The notes under the pieces: generated by a model
The model's input: the letters and a program-made list of their open reading frames with translations, nothing else
What the model was told of the DNA's origin: nothing
Databases searched by the model: none
Translations under genes and position numbers: made by a program
Shown: in pieces, positions 10,418 through 19,116 of the stretch
How positions within the stretch are numbered: position 1 is the stretch's first letter
How the letters are laid out: each line of letters starts with the position of its first letter
Origin: a virus
Taxonomy: Duplodnaviria > Caudoviricetes
Reading direction: 5' to 3' (one strand)
DNA length: 64,000 nt
Virus record (IMG/VR): IMGVR_UViG_2773857663_000001
Location: 1 to 64,000 of that record

Positions 10418-10423
10418 CATACT

Positions 10424-10465
10424 AAAGAATCCTGGACATATTGTCAGGGTTCTTTCTTTTTTTTT
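10424..10465 (+). terminator. Intrinsic terminator
   Basis: AAAGAATCCTG...CAGGGTTCTTT followed by a long T tract. Confidence 0.7.
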
Positions 10466-10511
10466 GATAAAGGTGTCACCACTTGATAGTTGAATTATCA
10501 ATTAGGGTGAT

Positions 10512-10724
10512 TTGATGCATCATACATACAGAGTATTATCTACAGATATGGATTTCCTCACAGCAGCCTTAACTGAGGTACGCGTATCCGTCTGGCATGT
10601 TCTGGATGATCACGAGCACATCATTGACTATGGCGGTCCGGTGGTGGAGTACAGCACAGTATCCATTAAGATATTGGGGGAAAGATACTTTCGTGATACG
10701 TTTGAGTTTAGGGTACAAAAATAG
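10512..10724 (+). CDS. Small hypothetical protein
   Basis: 70 aa, SD AGGGTG, IIDYGG motif. Confidence 0.6.
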   Translation: MMHHTYRVLSTDMDFLTAALTEVRVSVWHVLDDHEHIIDYGGPVVEYSTVSIKILGERYFRDTFEFRVQK

Positions 10725-10746
10725 GAGCCACTATATGGCCACTAGG

Positions 10747-11088
10747 TTACCAATCTCTTAAAAACTCTATGAAACCCAATATAAGTAATATACCACCAGC
10801 CAGCGAAACAATTCCTGCTAGAAAACTGCCTATTATAGAATTAGCGACTACATTTATTTCTCCAAAATTATCCCCACAATAAGGACATATAATAGCAGTT
10901 TTAGATACCGAATTTCCGCAAGATCGGCAAGGTTCCATACTTGATTTGTTACCTTTAATGGCTGCTCTGATATTTCGGAACGTAGCAAGAAACAAACCAG
11001 CTGCTAAACCGAATATCACCAGAATAAAGCTTGAAAATAAAATTATTCCAATAATAAAAGCTATTTTTTCTTCCATACATTCCTCCAA
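10747..11088 (-). CDS. Zinc-ribbon membrane protein
   Basis: Two TM segments flanking CRSCG...CPYCG. Confidence 0.75.
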   Translation of the reverse strand: MEECMEEKIAFIIGIILFSSFILVIFGLAAGLFLATFRNIRAAIKGNKSSMEPCRSCGNSVSKTAIICPYCGDNFGEINVVANSIIGSFLAGIVSLAGGILLILGFIEFLRDW

Positions 11089-11187
11089 CTATGTAATCAA
11101 TCTAAAATAGTCTATCAGACCTATTTGGTTTTTTCCATATATTTTTGTAAAGAAAAGACTCCGTGCAATAAGCACAGAGCCGTGTAA

Positions 11188-12000
11188 TTAGTTGGTCGTA
11201 TATTCACTTACTTCAAACGTTAAAATCTTATCAAATATCACGTAATCTGTACGCTTGCTGAATGGACCTTTGTTGTTGCTGTATTTGTTGATGGCAAATT
11301 TAGCTGGGCCAGTTCCTACATCACGAGCATCGTACCAGTTTAGGAATGCATTTACATCACTCATTGGAAGATCATATTCTTTCTCCAAACCAGTTGTCAT
11401 GGTAACTACGAGTATTGCCCTACCTACAGGCGGTTGCTCAGGATCTGGAGTGGTCGGTACTTCAGGTTCTACATAATTAAAGTCTACTAAAGATCCATCA
11501 ATATCAATAGCATCAAATCTATAATCGTATGTTACAACATTTTCTGAAGGGGTCTCAGTCCATATAATCACTTCATGGATTCCATATTTAAGATCCAATT
11601 TCTCATACCCAACTATTTGATGAATCCAAGTTTCATTATTTGCAGAAAAGTATTCAACTTTTCCATCAATACTTATGGCAACTTTTTTTGAATAGCTGTG
11701 CGATTTGTTTATTATTAATCTAATCTTTGATCCTTCGAATTTAAATTTAATTTCACTCTTTTTTTTATGTTTAGCACCGAGTACTGTTTGATTGTAATCA
11801 GCAGCTGTCACATCATATTTAAGCAATTCCCAATCATCCTTTGAATAAACTAACTCAGGGGCTCTATCATCAAAACGAGTCCAACCCTCTTCAGGTGCCT
11901 TAAGTACACTATCTACAGTTGCCGCATATGTACTTGTCGAGAAGCTTAATAGAAGAACTAAGGTAAATAATGTAGTAATAATCATTTTTAACTTTTGCAT
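11188..12000 (-). CDS. Secreted protein, carbohydrate-binding-like domain plus conserved C-terminal domain
   Basis: Signal peptide; GWTRFDD...FKFEGSKIR domain; Pro linker; C-terminal AILVVTMTTGLEKEYDL...TFEVSEY shared with 13033-14031. Confidence 0.8.
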   Translation of the reverse strand: MQKLKMIITTLFTLVLLLSFSTSTYAATVDSVLKAPEEGWTRFDDRAPELVYSKDDWELLKYDVTAADYNQTVLGAKHKKKSEIKFKFEGSKIRLIINKSHSYSKKVAISIDGKVEYFSANNETWIHQIVGYEKLDLKYGIHEVIIWTETPSENVVTYDYRFDAIDIDGSLVDFNYVEPEVPTTPDPEQPPVGRAILVVTMTTGLEKEYDLPMSDVNAFLNWYDARDVGTGPAKFAINKYSNNKGPFSKRTDYVIFDKILTFEVSEYTTN

Positions 12001-12148
12001 TGTGATCTCCTTATAATGTTTTTTTATTACATAAGAATAAATTATTATTAGTTACATGTCTAAACAATTAAACCTATATATTCAAGTAAGTGTTAGATGT
12101 AATAAAAAAGCTTTACCGACCTTTCTAAGTCGATAAAGCTAATAATTT

Positions 12149-12820
12149 CTATCCTATCTCTTTCAGCAATCCTTCATTGTTATTCCGCACGTTGCCGACT
12201 TCTTTAGGTACTTCATATGATCTCATCTCTGAAGCTTGATATGGCTTGAGCAAGCCAAGCAGCGATTGGACATCATCATTGTCTCTTCCGAGCCACTCAG
12301 CTTCATCCTCAGGGCGCAAGATAACCGGCATACGATTATGAATGTCTTCCATAAGGCTATTTGGTTCAGTAGTAATGATAGTGCATGTGCTCAACTTGTT
12401 ACCGTCCGGATCTGTCCAGGTATCGTACAGGCCTGCCAAAGAAAAGATGCTATCATCCTTCATCAGAATTCGCATAGGCTGCTTAGCAGATCCTTCTTTC
12501 TTCCACTCATAAAATCCCGAGCATGGGATAATACAACGTTTGGAACTGATCAGCCGTTTAAATGCTGGCTTCTCTGCAATCGTTTCTGCCCGAGCGTTAA
12601 TCATCTTATTCCCGATCTTGTCATCCTTGGCCCAAACGGGCACTAAACCCCAACGGAGTGAGCCCAGTCTATTGCCGTCTTTGCTACCAATAATGGTGGG
12701 AATGTATTGCATAGGTGCAGCGTTGTAATTGGGCTTGTACTCAAATCCTTCAGCAATGGATGCATAGTACCTGTCCATAATAGCGTCTATGGGGTCGGTA
12801 ATTGTAAATCTTCCGCACAT
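12149..12820 (-). CDS. yoqW: SOS response-associated peptidase (SRAP/HMCES, YoqW/YedK family)
   Basis: N-terminal MCGRF, plus WGL.P.W, INARAET, GFYEW and IHNRMPVIL motifs. Confidence 0.95.
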   Translation of the reverse strand: MCGRFTITDPIDAIMDRYYASIAEGFEYKPNYNAAPMQYIPTIIGSKDGNRLGSLRWGLVPVWAKDDKIGNKMINARAETIAEKPAFKRLISSKRCIIPCSGFYEWKKEGSAKQPMRILMKDDSIFSLAGLYDTWTDPDGNKLSTCTIITTEPNSLMEDIHNRMPVILRPEDEAEWLGRDNDDVQSLLGLLKPYQASEMRSYEVPKEVGNVRNNNEGLLKEIG

Positions 12821-13032
12821 AGTGATGCCTCCTTTGAGACTCTATACTATGTAATTTTACTCAAATATTTAAGAATAGAAACGGGTAATTTGTGGAGAAA
12901 CGCATCCAATATAAAATAAAAATGCAATAAATTAGATGATATTTATAGATCAGCAAGTTTATGTTTAGACAGAGTTTGTTGGCTTGGTTATTATTGGATT
13001 TAAATTAAAAACATTATTCAGGGGGAAGAATA

Positions 13033-14031
13033 GTGAAAATCTATTCAAAAAAAGTTTCGTTCATTTTATCAGTTTTAGTTTTATTTTTAGTTATTAATGT
13101 TCTTCCAGTCAGTGCCGCAGTTAATTATTCAGGAGGGTACCTGGATGGAAAAGAATCTTCATTATATTTTGGGAGCGAAAAAAAATCGGGACCTTACTCT
13201 CAAGTTACGGATAACGATGAAACTACTTTTGTCACTGTCAATAGAAGTACCGTTAGTACAGGGAATACTGTTCATTTTAGGGACTTTGGGAATCTAAGTA
13301 TAACTGGTTTACGCCTTAAATCCGATCTAACTAATTTCACCCTTTTACTAAGAGATATGAACGGTGAGATAACAACGATTAACGGAACATCGTTACTAAA
13401 AAATGGTGAATTAAATGCCCTTAATTATGAAAATATAACCCGGATTTCAATTGTTAATAATAGTTCAGTGGATGGGAAAGTTTATGAATTTAATATTTAT
13501 GGTGAAATTGAACTAGTTAATCTCCAAGCAGACAGTGGAGATGGTCAAGCATATTTATCGTGGAACCAAGTACAAAATGCTGAAAGTTACATAGTCAGTT
13601 ACGGCACTGAGCCTGGTAAGTACACAGAATCCGTTACAGCTACTAAAGATGAATATGGTAATTTTGTTGTTCCAGGATTGACGAATGGGACTACTTATTA
13701 TTTTGTGGTGAACTCTGTAGTTAGTGGAGTTAAATCCGAATACTCCAATGAAGCCTCTGCAACTCCTCAAGGATCAATCGTAGAACCAGAAGAGCCATCA
13801 GGTAATCACGCGATCCTGGTCGTTACAATGACAACTGGGCTTGAGAAAGAATACGACCTGAGTATGCAAGAAGTTAACAGCTTTATCGATTGGTACGAAG
13901 CAAAACAAGCCGGAAGCGGGAAAGCATCTTATGCAATTGACAAACATGATAATAACAAGGGGCCATTCAAAAGCCGCAAGGACTATATCCTGTTTGATCG
14001 AGTTCTTACGTTTGAAGTGAGTGAATACTAA
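13033..14031 (+). CDS. Secreted fibronectin type III domain protein with conserved C-terminal domain
   Basis: Signal peptide; LSW...Y.V.YGT.PG.Y...GLTNGTTYYFVV Fn3 motif; C-terminus shared with 11188-12000. Confidence 0.85.
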   Translation: MKIYSKKVSFILSVLVLFLVINVLPVSAAVNYSGGYLDGKESSLYFGSEKKSGPYSQVTDNDETTFVTVNRSTVSTGNTVHFRDFGNLSITGLRLKSDLTNFTLLLRDMNGEITTINGTSLLKNGELNALNYENITRISIVNNSSVDGKVYEFNIYGEIELVNLQADSGDGQAYLSWNQVQNAESYIVSYGTEPGKYTESVTATKDEYGNFVVPGLTNGTTYYFVVNSVVSGVKSEYSNEASATPQGSIVEPEEPSGNHAILVVTMTTGLEKEYDLSMQEVNSFIDWYEAKQAGSGKASYAIDKHDNNKGPFKSRKDYILFDRVLTFEVSEY

Positions 14032-14043
14032 GCAATCAATACA

Positions 14044-14076
14044 AAAGGCTCCGCAATTCAACGCGGAGCCTTTTTT
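14044..14076 (+). terminator. Intrinsic terminator
   Basis: AAAAGGCTCCGC-aattcaac-GCGGAGCCTTTTTT. Confidence 0.85.
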
Positions 14077-14084
14077 GCATTATC

Positions 14085-14160
14085 TCAGAAAATAAATTGA
14101 TCAAACACAGGTATACGCAGTAAGCCGGATTTTGTCCAATTCCTCATTTTGACCCTGGCC
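14085..14160 (-). pseudogene. 3' remnant of an ATP-dependent DNA ligase
   Basis: Minus-strand translation ARVKMRNWTKSGLLRIPVFDQFIF* matches the WT..G.LR.P.F ligase OB-fold terminus; the rest of the gene is absent. Confidence 0.7.
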
Positions 14161-14252
14161 GGTGCTGTTGCAAGTAACATTGGGCTGATAAACATAAAAA
14201 CACCTCAAATTTACTACAATAGATAGAGGCGGTAAGTTGTGGAATTGACATC

Positions 14253-14536
14253 TTAATTCTGCGATGATTTTTCAATGAGCTGTTCTAAAGTTAAATCTTT
14301 GTTATTAATCCACCAAGCTGCAGAAGTCTTTTCTTGGAGTGGACCTAAGCTCACCAGAGTAAGATCTTTGTCATAAGCCTGATTGAAAATCTGATTCTGA
14401 TATCTCTCGCCCATTTAATCTGAGCTACAGAACCCTTGAGGTCTGGTATGTTATAGTGGCTTTCGATTTCATTTGCTAAGTTATTTAAATAATCTTCCAT
14501 CTCTTTAGAGCGTACAATCTTTACCAGGATAATCAC
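14253..14536 (-). pseudogene. Frameshifted phage-type hypothetical gene
   Basis: PDLKGSVAQIKWARDIR in one frame continues as KTSAAWWINNK...SSQN* in another. Confidence 0.55.
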
Positions 14537-14741
14537 CTCGTATTTAGTTTATAAGGAATATTTGTATTGTTTAGAAGAGTTTCTTCACACTGAATAGCCT
14601 ATTTTTTTATAGAAAATCTTTTTCATTCTTCTTTCACCTGTTATAGTAATAATTAACAACAAAACATAGTCTATCAGACCTAGGTAATTTATGCTAGGTA
14701 AATAGGGTGTATGTGGAGAACTTATGGGAAGAGGGTGTTAT

Positions 14742-15030
14742 ATGCCAAAATTTTTAATTTGGGTTGTAGTTAGTATTTTAGGCTCCATAGTGTTACAACT
14801 GATAAGTGTGGGAGTTTATATGCAACAGTTCGAAAAATGATATTTATGAGCGAAGCACAGTATTTTCGACACAAGATCGATTTATGCGATTCTACTGAGG
14901 TTCGAGTGGTACTAGTTATACTAGCAATAATAGTGAACTTTATATTTTGTATATTGCTAGCTCACTTGTAATTATTAGGTTTAATCAATTAACTAATGAA
15001 ATGAATTCTTTAACAAATGGATTAAGAATC
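14742..15030 (+). pseudogene. Decayed paralog of membrane gene 8937-9395
   Basis: Collinear blocks MPKFLIWVVVSILGSIVLQLISVG, IFMSEAQYF...LAIIVNF and EMNSLTNG, separated by deletions and frameshifts. Confidence 0.8.
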
Positions 15031-15074
15031 AAGTTGTGGATAAATAAGAATGAATTAGAGAGGTACAGGGCGAA

Positions 15075-15743
15075 GTGATTAACAAAGATGAATTATTGCA
15101 ACGGGTTATGGAATTCAGTGAGACAGCTTACGAGTATGAAGAAATTGGTGTTTTACTAATAAAGAGGTGTCAGAAACTCTATTTGAAAATAAATTCAACA
15201 GATCCACAGAACTATAAGAAATTAATAAAAATGAAGTTTGAAATAGATGAATTAGATTTAGCTTTAAAGCAACATAAATTAAAAATAAGTGATGCGCACG
15301 GTAAACTTGTGTCTAATTATGCTTTCAATGTAGCTTACTACGGATTTATTATGCTCGTACTTATTTATTCCTTTTTGTATATTGTTGTAGCCAGTGTTGA
15401 TCCTTCAGTTTCAGGAAATACAGAAAGTAGCCTATTGGACCGAAACATGATTGTTTACATGAAATATCTTATTCTAAGTGTAATGGGAGTTATGTTTTAT
15501 TATGTAACGAATTATCTTATAAAATTTGGTGAGATTCAGACAAGGCTTTTTGTGGCCTGTTTCATTCCTGTCTTACTGACAGGAGTGGTTTTTACACTTG
15601 AGAATGGGAACCTTTCTTTCTCAGGAAGTCAGTCTCTTGTGTTTTTGTTAGGATATAACACTAACTTAGTAATTTCTATATTGAGAATAGGAAATGATAA
15701 AATCAAAGCTAGTATAGAAGGTAAGAAGACAGAAGGTGCTTAA
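15075..15743 (+). CDS. Membrane protein (coiled-coil N-terminus, about 4 TM)
   Basis: 222-aa ORF; hydrophobic C-terminal half with FLLGYN. Confidence 0.7.
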   Translation: MINKDELLQRVMEFSETAYEYEEIGVLLIKRCQKLYLKINSTDPQNYKKLIKMKFEIDELDLALKQHKLKISDAHGKLVSNYAFNVAYYGFIMLVLIYSFLYIVVASVDPSVSGNTESSLLDRNMIVYMKYLILSVMGVMFYYVTNYLIKFGEIQTRLFVACFIPVLLTGVVFTLENGNLSFSGSQSLVFLLGYNTNLVISILRIGNDKIKASIEGKKTEGA

Positions 15744-15791
15744 TTAAAAAGAGCCACTCGATTTTTAGAGTGACCTTAAAATCCTATCTTT

Positions 15792-16004
15792 CTATTGGGG
15801 AGTAATTGGAATAGAGAGAGAATAGCTAGATATTTCATTCAATGGAACCCACTCAATTCCGTGTTGATGTTTTACTTTTACCCATTTTTTGTCCTCAGAC
15901 ATTGAAATCTGTCCTATGTATTTCGATTCATCATTGAAAACTAGAAGTACGGAATATTGTTTTGAATCTGCTAGAAGTAGGTCTTTAATCATATAATCCT
16001 CCAC
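15792..16004 (-). CDS. Small YolD/Sm-fold-like protein
   Basis: Paralog of 9441-9647; true start is probably the second Met (15992). Confidence 0.7.
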   Translation of the reverse strand: MEDYMIKDLLLADSKQYSVLLVFNDESKYIGQISMSEDKKWVKVKHQHGIEWVPLNEISSYSLSIPITPQ

Positions 16005-16098
16005 TATAAATCTATTTAATCTAATTATTATATATCTTTATAGTTTATTTGGGAAGTTATAGCAAAAAAATAGGAAGTAAAGAAAACTGGAGGTATAT

Positions 16099-16983
16099 AT
16101 GTTCACGAAATCTAGTCTACTAAATTTTTATGTTTTTTGTGTTAATGTTAACAAGAAGGCGGCTTTCTTGAAAAAATGGATATGGATAGTTATGTTTATA
16201 TCCGTATTTTTATCTTTAGTTGGTTTGTATGTCACCAATCTTCAGATCATAAAGTCCGGATTATATATCATAATCCCAGCTGCTGTAGTATATATAGTTC
16301 TTTTTGCATTGATGCCGGCTAGTGTTATTATTATTGGCAGTAAAAATACTGAATTTAAATATTCGTCTGGAGGCGAATTAAGTGACTGGTATGAACCCAC
16401 ATATCTCTATAATAAAAATATAGATTGGTTAGAAACGGTTCTGAAAAATTTGCAAACCAAGGGATTGAGTTTGCAATCTAATGTTATACTAAGCCCTTCA
16501 GCCAATAAAGGAAAGTATGAGTACGAGATTTCAAAAAAGTTCCCGAACTCAACAGTTATTGCGACTGATATTTTTGTACCGAATGGCCATGTTACTTCAG
16601 AAAATAATTTTACATATTTATCTGGGAATAACAATGCTATAGATGCTCGTCATTATCTCAAGTCAAATAATATCGTTAAAGTTGATTTGATTTTCGATAT
16701 TAAAGGCGCTCTTTGGCACTCTGGAAATGATAAGAATTTGAAACGGATTCTTGAAGAATACTATTCCATTCTTAACAAAGGAGGAACTATAGTATTTGAT
16801 GCGTATGACTATTCTTATAAGTATAATTTCAGAATGAATCCAAAAAGCGAGGGATATCGAGAGAATTCAACTCTTTCTAAAATTGAAAAAATGTTGAATA
16901 AATCCGAATGGATTAATAAACATTTTGATATTATTCCCGCTGGTAAAGGTGAAACAAAGGTAGCGATATTAAGAAAGAAATAG
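16099..16983 (+). CDS. Membrane-anchored class I SAM-dependent methyltransferase-like protein
   Basis: Two N-terminal TM segments; VIATDI, VDLIFD and YSILNKGGTIVFD motifs; motif I is degenerate (SANKG). Confidence 0.55.
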   Translation: MFTKSSLLNFYVFCVNVNKKAAFLKKWIWIVMFISVFLSLVGLYVTNLQIIKSGLYIIIPAAVVYIVLFALMPASVIIIGSKNTEFKYSSGGELSDWYEPTYLYNKNIDWLETVLKNLQTKGLSLQSNVILSPSANKGKYEYEISKKFPNSTVIATDIFVPNGHVTSENNFTYLSGNNNAIDARHYLKSNNIVKVDLIFDIKGALWHSGNDKNLKRILEEYYSILNKGGTIVFDAYDYSYKYNFRMNPKSEGYRENSTLSKIEKMLNKSEWINKHFDIIPAGKGETKVAILRKK

Positions 16984-17118
16984 AGAGTGTTATGAGGTGC
17001 CCAACTCTACAGATGAATACAAAATAGAATAACGGGAGATAATAGTAAAACTCTCTCCCATGAGTTCTACTATAAATGTACCTGGTCCAAACGACTGGGT
17101 ATTTTTGTTGTTGATAAA

Positions 17119-17132
17119 AGAACGTATGTTCG
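17119..17132 (+). promoter_or_regulatory. LexA/DinR SOS box inside a SigA-like promoter
   Basis: aGAACgtatGTTCg lies between TTGATA (17111) and TATAAT (17135). Confidence 0.85.
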
Positions 17133-17158
17133 CATATAATGATGAAGAGGTGATTTAC

Positions 17159-17443
17159 ATGTTAACGGATTATCAAAGGAAAGTCCTTCGGATCTTATAT
17201 AACTACAAAGGTGGGCGGCGTAGGTTTCCCACAATTCACGAACTAACGGTTAAAACAGGGAAGCATAAGCCAGATGTCATGGCTGCTTTGGACGCTCTTA
17301 TAGCTGCGGAATACATACATTGGGATGACAAATCGGATACGTTTAACATAGTGATTTTGGAAGGTTGGGAGCGTGAGGGTGAACGACCTAAGGTCGACCA
17401 CATGCCACCTCCGGGGAACATCGACTATTGGACTGAATATTAA
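17159..17443 (+). CDS. Small winged-HTH protein (LexA DNA-binding-domain-like), partner of yolD
   Basis: SD GAGGTG before ATG 17159; LTDYQRKVLRIL...FPTIHEL. Confidence 0.75.
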   Translation: MLTDYQRKVLRILYNYKGGRRRFPTIHELTVKTGKHKPDVMAALDALIAAEYIHWDDKSDTFNIVILEGWEREGERPKVDHMPPPGNIDYWTEY

Positions 17444-17455
17444 GGAGGCGATATT

Positions 17456-17791
17456 ATGGCTAGCAAATTGACGGCTAACGGCATATACGAGGGATCGCGT
17501 ATAATTCTTCCTGAACATCGAGAAGCATTTTTAAGGGATCAGAAGCAACAAGAGAGGAAGGGGAAGCCTGTCTTAGATGAACAGGAAATGCAGCTCATTG
17601 AAGAAGCGATCCTGGAATCTTACCAAGAATGCCGATCTATCACGCTGACTGTATTTAATGCGTTTGATGACGAGGGGCTGCGGGGCGTTGTCACAGCTAT
17701 TGATAAGCAAAATAGGAGAATCAAACTTGTACGCGGTGATGAGGATTACAGTTGGATCAAGATCGAAGAAATCACTGCGGCAAGCCGATAA
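17456..17791 (+). CDS. yolD: YolD-like protein
   Basis: SRIILPEHRE...KPVLDEQE...GVVTAID motifs. Confidence 0.9.
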   Translation: MASKLTANGIYEGSRIILPEHREAFLRDQKQQERKGKPVLDEQEMQLIEEAILESYQECRSITLTVFNAFDDEGLRGVVTAIDKQNRRIKLVRGDEDYSWIKIEEITAASR

Positions 17792-17797
17792 TTGATA

Positions 17798-17827
17798 GAG
17801 CCCCAAATCCAGGGGCTCAGTTTTTTT
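17798..17827 (+). terminator. Intrinsic terminator
   Basis: GAGCCCC-aaatcca-GGGGCTC followed by T7. Confidence 0.8.
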
Positions 17828-17901
17828 CCTTCTATTATATAGGGTTGTTTCAGACATATGATTTGTATTCCATCGGAGCTGTACTGACGGTTCATTTGAA
17901 G

Positions 17902-17945
17902 TTTGGGGGGGCATCCCCCAAAACGTCCCCCAAACATCCCCCAAG
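17902..17945. repeat. Three tandem CRTCCCCCAA repeats plus one inverted copy (candidate integrase arm sites)
   Basis: Copies start at 17912, 17924 and 17935; TTTGGGGG at 17902; about 105 bp inside the glnA fragment. Confidence 0.65.
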
Positions 17946-18049
17946 TCGTGAAAAGCTATGATTATATACGAACGTTAGTTTCTGTTGAGTGTCGTATATA
18001 GTGCATATATATTTAAAGAATCAATAATATGAAGCGATCGTACATAAAC

Positions 18050-18100
18050 CGTACACAAGTCCACCAATGGGAACGCGATCAATATATCACGTTGTACTAA
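18050..18100 (+). other. glnA: Displaced 3' end of glutamine synthetase gene (att-like site)
   Basis: Translates RTQVHQWERDQYITLY*, matching the Bacillales GlnA C-terminus (RTQVHPWEREQYMSQY in B. subtilis); no upstream glnA body. Confidence 0.85.
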
Positions 18101-18106
18101 TCCCCG

Positions 18107-18139
18107 AATCCCTTGCGCCACATGGCGTGAGGGATTTTT
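18107..18139 (+). terminator. Terminator after the glnA 3' end
   Basis: AATCCCTTGCGCCA-ca-TGGCGTGAGGGATT followed by Ts. Confidence 0.8.
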
Positions 18140-18141
18140 CT

Positions 18142-18194
18142 TTATGCACTAATCTTTACTTCACAAAATAAATGAAGTTAAGATTAGTGCATAA
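18142..18194. repeat. 22-bp inverted repeat (1 mismatch, 9-nt loop)
   Basis: TTATGCACTAATCTTTACTTCA-caaaataaa-TGAAGTTAAGATTAGTGCATAA. Confidence 0.85.
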
Positions 18195-18239
18195 CTTAAA
18201 AATGAACATAAAATTCCATTAAATTAAGAGAGCATACGG

Positions 18240-18311
18240 TCGAAAAGGTTGGTAACGCACCAACATCTACGGTATTTCACACCGCCGCTAATCTATTTCA
18301 GCTACTTCCCG
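18240..18311 (-). tRNA. Phage-type tRNA-Phe(GAA), atypical or decaying
   Basis: Acceptor CGGGAAG/CTTTTCG; anticodon arm GCGGT-GTGAAAT-ACCGT; T arm GTTGG-TGCGTTA-CCAAC (non-canonical loop); ends ACCG instead of ACCA. Confidence 0.6.
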
Positions 18312-18312
18312 A

Positions 18313-18389
18313 TGGTCGGAATGGCAGGACTTGAACCTGCGTTCTCTTGCTCCCAAGCAAGCGAGAACTCCAAACTTTTCCACATCCCG
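18313..18389 (-). tRNA. tRNA-Pro-like pseudogene (6-nt anticodon loop)
   Basis: CGGGATG/CATTCCG-ACCA acceptor; GCAGG-TTCAAGT-CCTGC T arm; anticodon arm CTTGC-TTGGGA-GCAAG is one base short. Confidence 0.7.
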
Positions 18390-18395
18390 ATATGC

Positions 18396-18460
18396 TGGTC
18401 TTGACGGGAATTGAACCCTTGAGAAGCGGCGTATGAGACCGCTCTGAGAATCAACACGCG
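18396..18460 (-). pseudogene. tRNA-Met(CAT) remnant
   Basis: GCGGT-CTCATAC-GCCGC anticodon arm and GGG-TTCAATT-CCC T loop; 5' half not recognisable. Confidence 0.55.
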
Positions 18461-18521
18461 CCCCCGCATTGGCACGGGTCCGTCTGTGCTCACCGCATAT
18501 TTAACTCTAGCAACCCCCACA

Positions 18522-18564
18522 CAAGTTCACAGCCTTGAACGTTTACTATTTCGCCACGAACACC
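18522..18564 (-). pseudogene. tRNA-His(GTG) 5' remnant
   Basis: GGTGTTCG-TG-GCGAAATAGTAAACG...CAAGG-CTGTGAA-CTTG; T arm lost. Confidence 0.45.
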
Positions 18565-18791
18565 AAGTCTTTCACACTAGTCAATTTCGAGAATGGTCAG
18601 TTGGCTTGCACATGATTGATATGTACGTCTAGGAGTGTACTTTCTAGTTAATAAAACTTTTTCAATTATTTCACTAGGTTGCTCTATACATTTTCAGCAG
18701 TCGAGCCATCTACGTGAAAGGTTGCGTCTAGTACGTACAAAAAGTTTAAGTACGAACAAACCTACCTATATTGGTAAATGAGGTGGTCATA

Positions 18792-19013
18792 TTGAAATGC
18801 GGTTGCGGAAGGTTTATTACGCAGAATGCAAAGGCTCTAGCCACTATCTATGAGACGGAAGGCAGTAAATGTATCCACTGTCTATCGGATACCTTGAATG
18901 TTCCTTATCAAGAGTTAGTGGATAGGTACATGGGAATTTACGAGTGCCGACCTTGTGCTAAAGATAAGAAGAAAGCGGAGATACGGAGAAAATTACTTGG
19001 ACTAGGGGGATAA
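18792..19013 (+). CDS. Small Cys-rich (zinc-binding) protein
   Basis: SD GAGGTG before TTG 18792; CGCG, CIHC and CRPC motifs. Confidence 0.65.
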   Translation: MKCGCGRFITQNAKALATIYETEGSKCIHCLSDTLNVPYQELVDRYMGIYECRPCAKDKKKAEIRRKLLGLGG

Positions 19014-19116
19014 CAATGAAATACCTGAAATCAGGTTTTACCGCCCCAACGGTGAAGAACTTGAATTTACACTTGACTCTTTCCGGTAAGAAGTCGAACA
19101 AAGGGATTGACGTAAA

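Larger units (their letters stand above)
1..18100. mobile_element. Right part of an island/prophage integrated in glnA (left boundary not visible)
   Basis: AT-rich cargo, SRAP/ligase remnant/yolD module, arm-like repeats and glnA fragment at the right end. Whether 1-6.4 kb belongs to the same element is uncertain. Confidence 0.55.

Noticed and set aside
1-18100. Tn7-like transposon
   Set aside because: No tns genes or Tn7 ends visible; the boundary is a glnA fragment typical of integrase-mediated insertion.
18302-18520. 72-aa minus-strand ORF
   Set aside because: Overlaps the tRNA-Pro/Met relics; chance reading frame.
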